Shown here: one piece after another, positions 20,819 through 30,204 of the stretch
Position numbering within the stretch: the first letter of the stretch is position 1
Layout: each line of letters starts with the position of its first letter
Translations under genes and position numbers: made by a program
Notes under the pieces: model-generated
Told to the model about the DNA's origin: nothing
Seen by the model: only the letters and a program-made list of their open reading frames with translations
The model's database searches: none
Assembly: GCA_965223545.1 (NCBI GenBank)
Contig: OZ245006.1
Location: 4,640,001-4,704,000 of the forward strand
Source of the DNA: Planctomycetota bacterium
GTDB taxonomy: Bacteria; Planctomycetota; UBA1135; UBA2386
Direction: 5' to 3'
Length of the DNA stretch: 64,000 bases

Positions 20819-22405
20819 ATGACCGCTATCGTCACGGCCCAAGATCTCTCCCAGCGCGACCGGAGCCTGCTGTTTTGGGCGAGCTTTCTGTCGCTGGCCG
20901 CCGCCGGCGTCGGGTTCTCGTTCCGCGTGGCGATGGGGGGTGCCTACGGCGGTGAGCTCGGCCTCACCAACCAGCAGGTCGGGCAGATCTTCGGCGCCTC
21001 GCTGTGGCCGATCGCGCTGACCATGATCGGCTTCAGCCTGGTGGTCGATCGCACCGGCTACAAGCTGCCGATGTTCGCCGCGTGCGTGCTGCAAGTGGTG
21101 TCGGGCGTCGGCACCTACTTCGCCGGCTCGTATGACGCGCTCTACGGCTACGCGCTGTGCGCGGGACTCGCCCACGGCATCATCGAGGCGGTCATCAACC
21201 CGGTCTGCGCCGCGGTCTATCCAAAGCAGAAGACCAAGATGCTGACCATTCTGCACGCGGCTTGGCCGGCGGGGTTGGTCGTGGGGACGCTCTGCATCAT
21301 CGGCGCCGACGGGATCGCCGACGGGCTGCGCTGGCAGCTGCACGCGCTATGGATCGTGATTCCGGCAGTGATCTACGGGCTGATGTTCTTGCCGTGCCGA
21401 GTGCCGGTCGACGAGCGGGTCCAGGCCGGCGTGCCGTATCGCGACATGCTGCAGCAGGTCGGATTGCTGGGCGCCGCGCTCGCCAGCTTCATGATGATCT
21501 ACGAACTCGGCAACCAGGGCGTCGCAATGCAGATGTGGAGCTTCCCGGCGAGCTGGGCGCCGGAGACCTGGTTCTACGTCAGCCTCGCCGCGGGCGTCGC
21601 CGTCGGCATTGCCTTCGGCTTCGCCGTGCGCTCCGTGGGGCAGCCGCTGTTCTTCCTGATGTGCCTCTTGATGATCCCGGTGGCGACCGCGGAGTTGGGC
21701 ACCGATCAGTGGATCAAGAACCTGATGACCCCGGTGCTCGACGACGAGGGGTGGAACCCCGCGTTCGCGCTGGTGTTCTCGGCGTTCATCATGCTGGTGT
21801 TCCGCGTGTTTGCCGGCGGCATCCTGCGCGTGTTCAGCCCGCCGACGCTGCTCTGTCTCAGCGGCGTGTTCTCGGCCGTCGGCCTCTGGTGGCTGTCGAG
21901 CGCGACGGGTGCGGCGATCTTCACCGCCTTCGTTCTCTACGCGCTCGGCCAGACCTACTACTGGCCCTGCGTCTTGGGCTTCGTCTCCGAGCGTTACCCG
22001 CGCGGCGGCGCGCTCACCCTCAACACGGTCTCCGCGATCGGCCTCCTGTCGGTCGGCATCATCGGCGGCCAGCTCCTCGGCGTCGCCTTCGACAAGTCGA
22101 TCCAGGGCCGCGTGCAGGCCGAGGCCCCGGCCGTCGCCGCGGCCGCCACCGAGAAGGGCGGCTTCTTGTGGATGGAGCACGACAAGCTGATCCCGACCAA
22201 GGTGCAGACCCACATCGCCAGCCTGCCCGAGGCGGAATCAGAAGCCGCACAGGCCACCTACAACGCGGCCGAGGTCGCCGCCGGCCGCGACGTCCTCTCC
22301 TACGCCGTCCGCTTCCCCGCGATCCTCATCCTCGCCTTCGGCGCCATCGCCCTCTGGTTCCGCGCCCGCGGCGGCTACCGCCCCATCGAACTCACCAACG
22401 AGTAG
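20819..22405 (+). CDS. MFS transporter
   Basis: About 12-14 hydrophobic segments; VDRTGYK and LHAAWPAG motifs. Confidence 0.9.
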   Translation: MTAIVTAQDLSQRDRSLLFWASFLSLAAAGVGFSFRVAMGGAYGGELGLTNQQVGQIFGASLWPIALTMIGFSLVVDRTGYKLPMFAACVLQVVSGVGTYFAGSYDALYGYALCAGLAHGIIEAVINPVCAAVYPKQKTKMLTILHAAWPAGLVVGTLCIIGADGIADGLRWQLHALWIVIPAVIYGLMFLPCRVPVDERVQAGVPYRDMLQQVGLLGAALASFMMIYELGNQGVAMQMWSFPASWAPETWFYVSLAAGVAVGIAFGFAVRSVGQPLFFLMCLLMIPVATAELGTDQWIKNLMTPVLDDEGWNPAFALVFSAFIMLVFRVFAGGILRVFSPPTLLCLSGVFSAVGLWWLSSATGAAIFTAFVLYALGQTYYWPCVLGFVSERYPRGGALTLNTVSAIGLLSVGIIGGQLLGVAFDKSIQGRVQAEAPAVAAAATEKGGFLWMEHDKLIPTKVQTHIASLPEAESEAAQATYNAAEVAAGRDVLSYAVRFPAILILAFGAIALWFRARGGYRPIELTNE

Positions 22406-22432
22406 TACCGAGTCAGACTCGATTTTCTCGCT
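22405..22432 (+). repeat. 28-bp intergenic palindromic repeat, copy 3
   Basis: GTACCGAGTCAGACTCGATTTTCTCGCT (perfect CGAGTC-A-GACTCG core), between convergent genes. Confidence 0.85.
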
Positions 22433-22446
22433 TCGCCGCGCGCACA

Positions 22447-23400
22447 CTAGCGAAACGTGCGGCGATACGCGGTTGGTGAAGTGCCAACCACGCGCTTGAA
22501 GTGCAGGCGCATGATCTGGGCGTCGCCGAAGCCGGCGCGCTGCGCGATGCCGTCCAGCGAGATCGACGTCGTCTCCAGGAGATCCTGCACGACGCGCACG
22601 CGCTCGCGCTGCAGCCAGCGGTGCGGCGTGGTGCCGGTGACCTCCCCGAACCGCCGCGCGAACGTCCGGGCCGACATCTTGGCCTGGCGCGCCATGCTGG
22701 CGACCGTGTGCTTGGCGCGGAGGTCGGCGCGCAGCCGGTCGAGCAGGGCGGCAAACGCCAAGTTGCTGCCTTCGGTTGCGATCGGCGCGTCCACGAACTG
22801 TTTCTGCCCGCCGTCGCGGTGCGGAGGCACGACGAGCCGGCGGGCGACCGTGTTGGCGACCGACGCGCCGAAGTCGCGCCGGATCAGGTGCAGGCCCATG
22901 TCGACACCGGCCGCGCTCCCGGCGGAGGTCAGCAGGTTGCCCTCGTCGACGTAGAGCACGTCGCGGTCGACACGCACTGCCGGATAGCGCCGCGCCAGGG
23001 CATCCGCGTACTTCCAGTGGGTCGTTGCCCGCTTGCCGTCGAGCAGGCCGGCATCCGCCAGGACGAACGCGCCGGAACACACCGACAGAATCCGCGCGCG
23101 CTCGGCGTGCGCGCGGCGCAGCTTGCGGCAGAGCAGTGCGGGCACGGGTTGGCCGAGGCCGCGCCACCCCGGCACGATGATCGTGCCCGCGGTGTCGAGC
23201 AGGCGGAGCGAGTGCGGCGCCTCGACGGTCACGCCGCCGGTGGCGCGCAACGGTCCGCGCTCGACGCCGGCGACGCGCAGTCGGTACCACCGTTCGAACT
23301 CCGGGCGCGGCAATCCGAACAGCTCGATCGCGATCCCGAACTCGAAGGTGCACAGCCCGTCGTAGGCCAGCACGACCGTGTCCAGGGGGTCACGCGGCAT
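22447..23400 (-). CDS. ftrA: FtrA-like AraC/GlxA transcriptional regulator (DJ-1 domain + HTH)
   Basis: AYDGLCTFEFGIA.E.FGLPRPE, ATTHW, TSAGSAAG and HRDGGQ; divergent rhodanese gene. Confidence 0.88.
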   Translation of the reverse strand: MPRDPLDTVVLAYDGLCTFEFGIAIELFGLPRPEFERWYRLRVAGVERGPLRATGGVTVEAPHSLRLLDTAGTIIVPGWRGLGQPVPALLCRKLRRAHAERARILSVCSGAFVLADAGLLDGKRATTHWKYADALARRYPAVRVDRDVLYVDEGNLLTSAGSAAGVDMGLHLIRRDFGASVANTVARRLVVPPHRDGGQKQFVDAPIATEGSNLAFAALLDRLRADLRAKHTVASMARQAKMSARTFARRFGEVTGTTPHRWLQRERVRVVQDLLETTSISLDGIAQRAGFGDAQIMRLHFKRVVGTSPTAYRRTFR

Positions 23401-23518
23401 GGCAGGATCTTATTGGAAGTTGTCGTTTCTGCCAGCAGCGGCCTGCCGCCCGAATCCGCATCATCCAGGCATCGCGGGCGGAGTCTCGCCGCGCGTGCAC
23501 CAACCGAAAGGAACCCAG

Positions 23519-23965
23519 ATGCAGATCCAGCGGAAGAACCGCGTCACCGAAACCCCCACACGTCCCCCGCAAGAGGCGCGCGCTCACTTCGCGGCCAAGC
23601 TCGCCCACGAGACCGACTGCGCGGACGTGCGCGCCGGCCTCGCGCTCGACGAGCCCGGCTTCGTCTTGGTCGACGTGCGGTCGCGCGACGCGTTCGACCG
23701 CGGCCACGTGCCTGGGGCGGTGCACATCCCTCTCGCCACGTTGACCGAAGAGCGGCTCGCGCAGTACCCCGCGGACCTACTGTTCGTCGTCTACTGCGCC
23801 GGGCCGCACTGCAACGCCTCGACGCGCGCGGCAGGGCGCTTGGCCGGCCTCGGTCGGCCGGTCAAGGAGATGATCGGGGGGACCACGGGCTGGCTCGATG
23901 AGGGGTTCGCGCTGGCGACGGCTACGTCAGCGGCTGTGAGTCCGGGCTCAACGCCAAGAACTTGA
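23519..23965 (+). CDS. rhodanese-like protein
   Basis: DVR...GHVPGA and YCAGPHCN; RBS GAAAGGA before ATG 23519. Confidence 0.9.
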   Translation: MQIQRKNRVTETPTRPPQEARAHFAAKLAHETDCADVRAGLALDEPGFVLVDVRSRDAFDRGHVPGAVHIPLATLTEERLAQYPADLLFVVYCAGPHCNASTRAAGRLAGLGRPVKEMIGGTTGWLDEGFALATATSAAVSPGSTPRT

Positions 23966-24731
23966 CGCGCATCAGGCGCGGGACGGCGGCGTGGTTGGGC
24001 GCCGCGCTGTGCACGATGCCGAGGCTGCAGAACACCGCGTCTCCCGGCGAGCCCGTGAGCTCCACGGCTTGACTATCGATGCCGTCGATGTCGGTCCGGC
24101 GCTTCGCGAACGTCGTGACCCGTTCGTCGCCGCCCATCCCAGCTCCGTCCTGCAGGACTCGAAGCCACGGATGGCTCTTGAAGAACATCTTGCGGTGCGC
24201 CTTGTGTGGCCGAGCGCGCTCTTCCTCGGACAGAGAGTCGTAGAACCGTGCCACCAAGTCGTGGGAGCGGTGGAGGATGTAGGTCCCGCCGCCGCCCGGC
24301 TCGACTTCGGAAAAGAAAGAGAAGACCAGCAACCCATCGCCGCGCGGGTTGCCATCCCAGTGCCAGTCCCCCGACGGCACGCTCGGCGCCGGCGTGCGGG
24401 CATTCGGGAACGTCACCAAGAAGCCGCCCCAGTTGCTGGGCCGCGACCAGTCGTCCCGTCCGAGCAGGTCGCTGATCGCGCCGGTGAAGCGCGGGCCGAT
24501 GAGGTCGTCGTTGAGCGGGGCGCACTTGGCGCGGCGCAGGCCGTGTCGCGGCTGCCGCCACGTCGCGACGTCCTCGCGGTCGATGCCGTGGTCGGTGTGG
24601 AGCTCGTCCCACAACGCCGCCTGCATGCGCAGCGTGGGCTCGGGTGGCATGGCTTGGGGCACCCGCAAGAACCCTCGGCTGCGGAACGCCGCGATCTGCT
24701 CCGCGGTCAGGACTCGTGGACTACCGCCCAT
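23922..24731 (-). CDS. phytanoyl-CoA dioxygenase (PhyH) family Fe(II)/2OG oxygenase
   Basis: LTAEQIAAFRSRGFL, WHWD, GGGT, PGD and HSAAPN...R motifs. Confidence 0.85.
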   Translation of the reverse strand: MGGSPRVLTAEQIAAFRSRGFLRVPQAMPPEPTLRMQAALWDELHTDHGIDREDVATWRQPRHGLRRAKCAPLNDDLIGPRFTGAISDLLGRDDWSRPSNWGGFLVTFPNARTPAPSVPSGDWHWDGNPRGDGLLVFSFFSEVEPGGGGTYILHRSHDLVARFYDSLSEEERARPHKAHRKMFFKSHPWLRVLQDGAGMGGDERVTTFAKRRTDIDGIDSQAVELTGSPGDAVFCSLGIVHSAAPNHAAVPRLMRVKFLALSPDSQPLT

Positions 24732-25962
24732 GCTCGCCGAGCATCGCCGAAACTTCGGTCTGTCCGGCGAACGCGGCCCAGCCGGCGGCGGTGCCATCGT
24801 GCAGCGCGTCGCGGATCTCGCGGTCCGCGCCTCGATCGAGCAGCAGCGCGACGGCGTCGGCGTTGCCGAACTGCGCCGCGAGGTGCAGCGCGGTCGCACC
24901 CCCACCGTGCTCGGCGCCGCCGAAGTCGTGGGCCAAGTTGACGTCGGCGCCGTGATCGATGAGCCAACGCATCGTTGCCAACTGCCCCGCGTAGGTCGCC
25001 CACAGCAGCGCCGTGCCCCGGTACGGGTTCGCGTTGACGTCGGCGCCGCGCCGCACCAGGCGCTCCAGGCACTCGATTTGGCCGCAGCGCGCCGCCCAGC
25101 CGAGCGCTTCGTCGAGGATCTGTCGCGGATCGTCGTTCGGCTCCCACGCCGGGAACAGAAACAGCGGACGATAGAATGCGCGACCGTCGCCGGCGCCGGC
25201 CCGCAGCGCGCCGTCGGCTTCGAACCAGCCGTCGACCGCCTCTGCGTCGCCGAGGGCTGCCACGGTGCGCAGGTTGTGCGGCTCGGGGCCGCCGCGCGCG
25301 AGGACCTTGGCGGTCTCGAGGTGCGCATAGAACAGCGCGTAGGCGAGCGGCGTGGCGCCGTCCGTCTGCCAGGCCTCGGCGGACGGATCGGCGCCAGCGT
25401 CCAGCAGCGTCGCGGCTAGCGCGCCGTTGCCACTGAAGCCCGCGCTGTGCAGCGCCGTCCAGCCGTGATCGGCGGCGGCGGACGGGTCGGCGCCCGCTGC
25501 CAGCAAGTCGCCGACGACCGCAAGCCCCGCCGGCGCCGGTCGGCTCGGAATCGCGTGGTCGCTGGTCGCCGCGCGGCTGGCGACGGTGAGCAGTCGGTGA
25601 CCGTGCGTGCCGCGCTCGTCGAGCACCTCGGGATGCGCCGCGAGCAAACGCCGGACCGTGTCCCGGTCGCCGCTCCGCGCCGCCGCCGCTGCCGACCACA
25701 GCGTAGACCGCGCGCGACCGCTGTCTGCGTCGCGCGCGGTGCCGGCCAACTCGGTCCACGACTCGGCACCGTGTTCGGCGGCGATCACCGCGCGCGCCTG
25801 GCCGAGGTCGAGCACGTCCGATCCTCGGGTCGCCGGAGCGGCGGCGTGGATTGCGCTCCACCACACCGATGGCGCGCGCGGGGCATCGCGCACCAGCCGT
25901 GCCGCGCGCTGTTCGAGCGCGGCTTCGTTTGCGTCGGTCAGCGTCGTCGGCGCGTTCAGCAC
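24721..25962 (-). CDS. ankyrin-repeat protein
   Basis: GWTALHSA, GATPL, TALLWA and GATALHLAA repeats; start uncertain. Confidence 0.88.
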   Translation of the reverse strand: MLNAPTTLTDANEAALEQRAARLVRDAPRAPSVWWSAIHAAAPATRGSDVLDLGQARAVIAAEHGAESWTELAGTARDADSGRARSTLWSAAAAARSGDRDTVRRLLAAHPEVLDERGTHGHRLLTVASRAATSDHAIPSRPAPAGLAVVGDLLAAGADPSAAADHGWTALHSAGFSGNGALAATLLDAGADPSAEAWQTDGATPLAYALFYAHLETAKVLARGGPEPHNLRTVAALGDAEAVDGWFEADGALRAGAGDGRAFYRPLFLFPAWEPNDDPRQILDEALGWAARCGQIECLERLVRRGADVNANPYRGTALLWATYAGQLATMRWLIDHGADVNLAHDFGGAEHGGGATALHLAAQFGNADAVALLLDRGADREIRDALHDGTAAGWAAFAGQTEVSAMLGEHGR

Positions 25963-25994
25963 GAGCCGGTCCGTGATGCCGACATCGGCGGCGG

Positions 25995-28151
25995 TCAGGC
26001 GGTCTTGGCCGTGGCCAGCGGCCGGGTCGGCTGCGGTGCGACCTCCGGCGACTCACCGAGCTCGAAGCGCGGGCGCTCGGCGCGCGCCTTGGCGAGCGTG
26101 CGGTGCATCACCTTGTTGCGCGCCATCTCGACCAGCGAGCGTTTGCCGGTGAGGACGCTGGCCACGCGTCGCACCCAGCTCTTGCCCGGCAGGGAGACCG
26201 TGTCGGCGCGCGGCGGCGCGGGACGTCCTTCGGTGATGCTGCCGCCCGGAAAGACCTTCGGGAAGGCGCGGTAGCCGTAGCGCGGATCGGTCGCCAGCGC
26301 CAGATACCGGTCGCCCCGCTGCAGCATGAGCATGTCGTCGCAGAACTCCTTCAAGATCGCCCGCACCTGGTCGGCGTCGGCTTCGCTCTCGAAGTGGCGG
26401 ACGATGTCGCGCTCACCGCGGATCTTCCAGCAGAACTCGTAGACCTTGCGCTTGACGCCGGTGAGCTTGCGGTGGAACCGCTTGGTGCCCGGGCGCGTAT
26501 CGAGCAGCATCAAGTTGCCGCTGCGGGGCACCGCGATGAAGTGCGCCCGGCCCCACGCTCCCTTCCAGCCCTGCACCAGCTTGCGCAGGCGTTGGTAGGG
26601 CTCGCCGCGTTCCTTCTCGGAGAAGTGGTCGCACTCGAAGAAGAACGCCAGGTTGTTCAGCGCCTCCTCGGCGAAGGGGTAGACGTAGCCGTAGGCCTTG
26701 GACGGGCGGATGCCGGTCAGTCCCCACTCTTCGGGGGACGTGTGGTACGGCGCGAAGCGCTCGAGGTAGAGCACCGAGGTGCCCGACGGCGGCTGCAGGT
26801 GCGCGAGTGCGCGCGCGGTGCGCTCGTGGTCGGCGATCTCGCTGTCGTCCTCGCCCGGGAACCCGTACAGCCAGTTCCACGTGATGCGCACGCCGGACTC
26901 GGTGCAGTTCTTGAGCAGCTGCACGTTCTGCAGCTGCGTGCTGCCCTTGCGCATCAGCTTGAGTGACAGGTCGCTCAGGCTCTCGATGCCCGGCTGGATC
27001 CAACGGATGCCGGCGTCGGCCATCATCCGCACCTGATCGCGCGCCAGGTTGGCCTTGGTCTCCCAGAAGAACTCGGCCTTGGAGCCGCTGGCCAGGGCCG
27101 GCACCAGCGACTTGAAGTAGGCCATGTCGAGGATGTTGTCGGTGAGCTCCATCCGGGTCAGGCCGAACTTCTCGATCTGCGCGGAGATCTCCGCGAGCGC
27201 GCGCTCGGGCTGCTTGCTGCGGAACACCATGCCCTCGCGGTTGAAGGCGCAGAACGTGCAGTGCTGTTTGGCGCCCCACCAGCAGCCGCGCGACGTCTCG
27301 GCCACCAGGCCCGGCACGACCTGCTTGGCCACCTCGAGTCCGTTCAGCTGCTCGAAGTAGTCATCCAGATCGGCGTGCGGTTGCGCGTCGAGGTCGGGGC
27401 CGTGCAGGGGGCGGCTGGGCGGGGTCTCGGTTGCCGCCTTCGCCAAGAAACCGTCGACCCCACTGCCGTCGCCGCCGCTCTTGAGGTTGCGGACCAGCTC
27501 GACGATGGTCTTGTCGCACTCCCCGCGCCCGACGAAATCGATCTCGGGGTAGAGCTTGCGAATCTCGGCGCCCATCTCGGCTTCACAGTTGGCGCCACCC
27601 ATCATGGTCAGCACCTCGGGGGCGGCGCGCTTGACCGCGCGCAGCAGCGTCACCGACGAGCAGTTGGCTTGGAAGGTCGAGCTCATGCCCACCAACCAGG
27701 GGTTGCGCGCCAACATCTCCGGCACGGCGTCTTCGTCGACGAAAGCCCGCGCCTGATCGACCAGTCCGCGCAGGCCGTCGAAGGCGGTGGCGCTCTTGGT
27801 CCAGTGCTTGAACCCTTCCTCGACCTGGGTGCCCGCGATGACCTCGTCGCAGTAGCGGCGCAGGTCGTCGTCAGTCCGATCGTGTCCGATCTGCGAGAAG
27901 ATCAGGTCACCGAGCAGATACGGTCCGGTGCCGCTGAGCCACTCGTACAGCATCGTGCCGATGCGTTGCGCGAAGCGCAGGTTGAGATACAGGACTTCCG
28001 AGTGGAAGCCCGCAGCCAGCAAGTTGGCCTTCAGCTGGCTGACGCCAAGAGCGGGACACCCGAGTCCATGGTACGGGGGTACCACGAGGAGCGCGGTGGA
28101 CTCTCCGTGCGAACTGGTACGCGACTCGACCTCGGAAGGCGCTGTGGTCAT
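25995..28151 (-). CDS. B12-binding radical SAM enzyme, RiPP maturation C-methyltransferase family (rSAM_ocin_1-like)
   Basis: N-terminal cobalamin-binding region (GGANCE); ETSRGCWWGAKQHCTFC (Cx7Cx2C), DNILD, QPGIES, WN.LYGFPGE and HLQPP. Confidence 0.9.
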   Translation of the reverse strand: MTTAPSEVESRTSSHGESTALLVVPPYHGLGCPALGVSQLKANLLAAGFHSEVLYLNLRFAQRIGTMLYEWLSGTGPYLLGDLIFSQIGHDRTDDDLRRYCDEVIAGTQVEEGFKHWTKSATAFDGLRGLVDQARAFVDEDAVPEMLARNPWLVGMSSTFQANCSSVTLLRAVKRAAPEVLTMMGGANCEAEMGAEIRKLYPEIDFVGRGECDKTIVELVRNLKSGGDGSGVDGFLAKAATETPPSRPLHGPDLDAQPHADLDDYFEQLNGLEVAKQVVPGLVAETSRGCWWGAKQHCTFCAFNREGMVFRSKQPERALAEISAQIEKFGLTRMELTDNILDMAYFKSLVPALASGSKAEFFWETKANLARDQVRMMADAGIRWIQPGIESLSDLSLKLMRKGSTQLQNVQLLKNCTESGVRITWNWLYGFPGEDDSEIADHERTARALAHLQPPSGTSVLYLERFAPYHTSPEEWGLTGIRPSKAYGYVYPFAEEALNNLAFFFECDHFSEKERGEPYQRLRKLVQGWKGAWGRAHFIAVPRSGNLMLLDTRPGTKRFHRKLTGVKRKVYEFCWKIRGERDIVRHFESEADADQVRAILKEFCDDMLMLQRGDRYLALATDPRYGYRAFPKVFPGGSITEGRPAPPRADTVSLPGKSWVRRVASVLTGKRSLVEMARNKVMHRTLAKARAERPRFELGESPEVAPQPTRPLATAKTA

Positions 28152-28453
28152 GGGCAGTGTCTAACTCAGGGGTGAGATGAGGAGCCGCAGCATCGATGCG
28201 GAGGCGCCGTCCCGCGCGGTGCGCAGGGGGCAGTGGCGCCAACACTCTCGCGCGCGGGAGGGTTGTCTGGCGGATCCTACCATGCGGCCGGCGATGCGGC
28301 CTGCAGGGCTCACCGAAGGCTATCCGATTTCGGCGCCCCGGGGGTCGCGCGGCGGCCGATTCCGCCGACCGCTCCTTGCCATCGAGGAATGCGCGATGGC
28401 CTTCCCGGCCGCCGTGGAGAGCACCTCGGCGCCCCCCGGCGGCGCGGCGAACA

Positions 28454-28852
28454 TCAGTGGCTGGGCGAGGTCGCCGTGGTCGCGGCGAGCTTCTCGATCG
28501 CACCCTCGATGTCGCTGGCCATCTCGAAGTAGGGCGTCAGGCGCATCATTTCGAGCATCCGCTGGAACACCGGGAGCAGCCCGGCCAGCGCGAGCTGGCC
28601 GCCGTGTTCGACCACCTGTTCCCGCACGCGGATCAGGAGCTCGACGCCGCATGAGTCCATCACCTCGACTTCGGTCAGGTCGAGCACGATTCCGCTCAGC
28701 CCCTTCGCGGTCGATTGTTGGACCTGGGCGCGGATCAACTCCTTCAGGCTGTCCGCGACGTAGAAGTTGACCGCGCGGTCGAGCACGCGCAGCACGGCGA
28801 GTTGCTTGTCGGGAACCTCTGTGAGGTGGATGCCGCGCGAGTTCGTTGCCAT
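28454..28852 (-). CDS. STAS-domain anti-sigma factor antagonist
   Basis: VLDLTEVEVMDSCG phosphoacceptor motif; 132 aa. Confidence 0.88.
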   Translation of the reverse strand: MATNSRGIHLTEVPDKQLAVLRVLDRAVNFYVADSLKELIRAQVQQSTAKGLSGIVLDLTEVEVMDSCGVELLIRVREQVVEHGGQLALAGLLPVFQRMLEMMRLTPYFEMASDIEGAIEKLAATTATSPSH

Positions 28853-28910
28853 CGGTGCTCTGCCCTAACCTGCCGTAGATGGCCATCGGTTCGCGGTTGC
28901 CCAGAACATG

Positions 28911-28956
28911 AGAAAACTCGAGGCCCGCCGTGCATTTGCGCGGCGGGCCTCGAGTT
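28911..28956 (-). terminator. intrinsic terminator of the 29904-28999 gene
   Basis: Perfect 16-bp inverted repeat AACTCGAGGCCCGCCG / CGGCGGGCCTCGAGTT, ending in TTTTCT on the minus strand. Confidence 0.8.
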
Positions 28957-28998
28957 GGTCCGGGCGTAGGGCGCGGCTACGGCGCGCCGTGGCATCGC

Positions 28999-29904
28999 TC
29001 AGAGCAAGCGGGTCGAAGCGTAGGGGACGCTCCAGTTGGCGAGCGTCGTGCTGACCGGGATGAAGGGCGGCAGCATGGCGTCGATCTTGATCAGGCCGCG
29101 CATCGCGCCGCGGTGGAAGATCAGGTTGCCCGAGCGGCCCCAAGTGGTGGTGGCGTTGATATCGGGCTGGGCGGTGGTCCAGTTGGCGTCCAGCTTCTGC
29201 TCGTTGGCGTAGAAGGAGAAGCTGAGGTTGGCGTACATCAGGAGGCTGATGACGGTGGCGCTGGCGCTGCCGTTGCCGGAGACCGCGGCCTCGCCGTTGA
29301 AGCGGACCTTCGCTTTGCACGGGTCGAAGGTGCCGTCGAGTGCCGCGCGGACGCGGCCGTAGGCGCGGCCGCTGAGCAGGGCGACGCCGGCGCCGACGGG
29401 CACCGTCAGAGTGGGCGTCATGAAGCGGAGGCGGATCGTGCTGCGGCCGCTGAAGCCGGTGCTGAACGAGCTGTTCCACAGCACCGAGTTGCCGACCCGC
29501 AAGTAGACGCTGCCCGAGGAGTAGCAGGAGGTGCCCATGAGCCGGCCGAGGGTGCTCGTCTTGACGGTGCCGACGGCGGCGAGGTTCATGCGGAAGTCGC
29601 CGGCGCGGCCGGAGCTGCCGAGGAAGCGGAGGTCGGCGACGGCGCGGGTGCTGCCACTGGCGGCGAGGGTGGTCTCCCAGTAGGGCGCGGTGACGATCCA
29701 GCCCGAGCCGGAGCTGGGCACGTATCGCGTGCTCTTGCCGGCGGCGATGTAGCCGGTGCCGTAGGTGTAGACGCCGGCGTCGCTGTCGCCGAACGACTTC
29801 GAGTAGGTGCGGGTCAGGGACATGTTCTGGGCGTGGCCGGCGCTGGCCAGGGTCAGCAGGGCGGCGGCGACGGGGGCGAACAGGGCGGCGGTGGTGGTCT
29901 GCAT
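28999..29904 (-). CDS. secreted beta-strand-rich hypothetical protein
   Basis: Signal peptide (…AGHA|Q), strong GC3 bias, RBS AGGAAG, alternating hydrophobic pattern. Confidence 0.8.
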   Translation of the reverse strand: MQTTTAALFAPVAAALLTLASAGHAQNMSLTRTYSKSFGDSDAGVYTYGTGYIAAGKSTRYVPSSGSGWIVTAPYWETTLAASGSTRAVADLRFLGSSGRAGDFRMNLAAVGTVKTSTLGRLMGTSCYSSGSVYLRVGNSVLWNSSFSTGFSGRSTIRLRFMTPTLTVPVGAGVALLSGRAYGRVRAALDGTFDPCKAKVRFNGEAAVSGNGSASATVISLLMYANLSFSFYANEQKLDANWTTAQPDINATTTWGRSGNLIFHRGAMRGLIKIDAMLPPFIPVSTTLANWSVPYASTRLL

Positions 29905-29958
29905 CGTTCACTTCCTGGGTTTCGAGCCGGCGTTTGGCGACGTTGCCCGCCGGCACAA

Positions 29959-29991
29959 GACGGAACGCCGCGCCGCGCGCGATCGACCGGC
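29959..29991 (-). promoter_or_regulatory. putative ECF-type promoter GCCGGTCGATC-N12-GCGTTCCGTC, copy A
   Basis: An identical bipartite motif with the same spacer lies at 32249-32281; this copy is 55 nt from ATG 29904. Confidence 0.7.
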
Positions 29992-30000
29992 CGCGCCGCC

Positions 30001-30033
30001 AAAAAAGAGGCGCGACGGCGAGCGCGCCGTCGC
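30001..30033 (-). terminator. possible intrinsic terminator downstream of the 32193-30205 gene
   Basis: 9-bp stem GCGACGGCG/CGCCGTCGC followed by GCCTCTTTTTT on the minus strand. Confidence 0.5.
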
Positions 30034-30204
30034 AGGTCCGGTTGACCACCGAATCCGGCGGCGCCGTTCTTGCCGAACGGCGGCGCGGCTCAGCGGTGGT
30101 GACCGCGAGCCGCGCAAGGGGCGCCGAAACCGCGATCGCGCGGTGGCTGCCTCATGAGAGCGCGCGCAGGGCGCGCGCTCTCGTGCAAGAGAATGGCGCG
30201 GACG

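Noticed and set aside
28161..28454. Short minus-strand ORFs (28454-28320, 28283-28161) as RiPP precursors for the radical SAM enzyme
   Set aside because: No leader-like features, no RBS, and composition typical of random GC-rich sequence.
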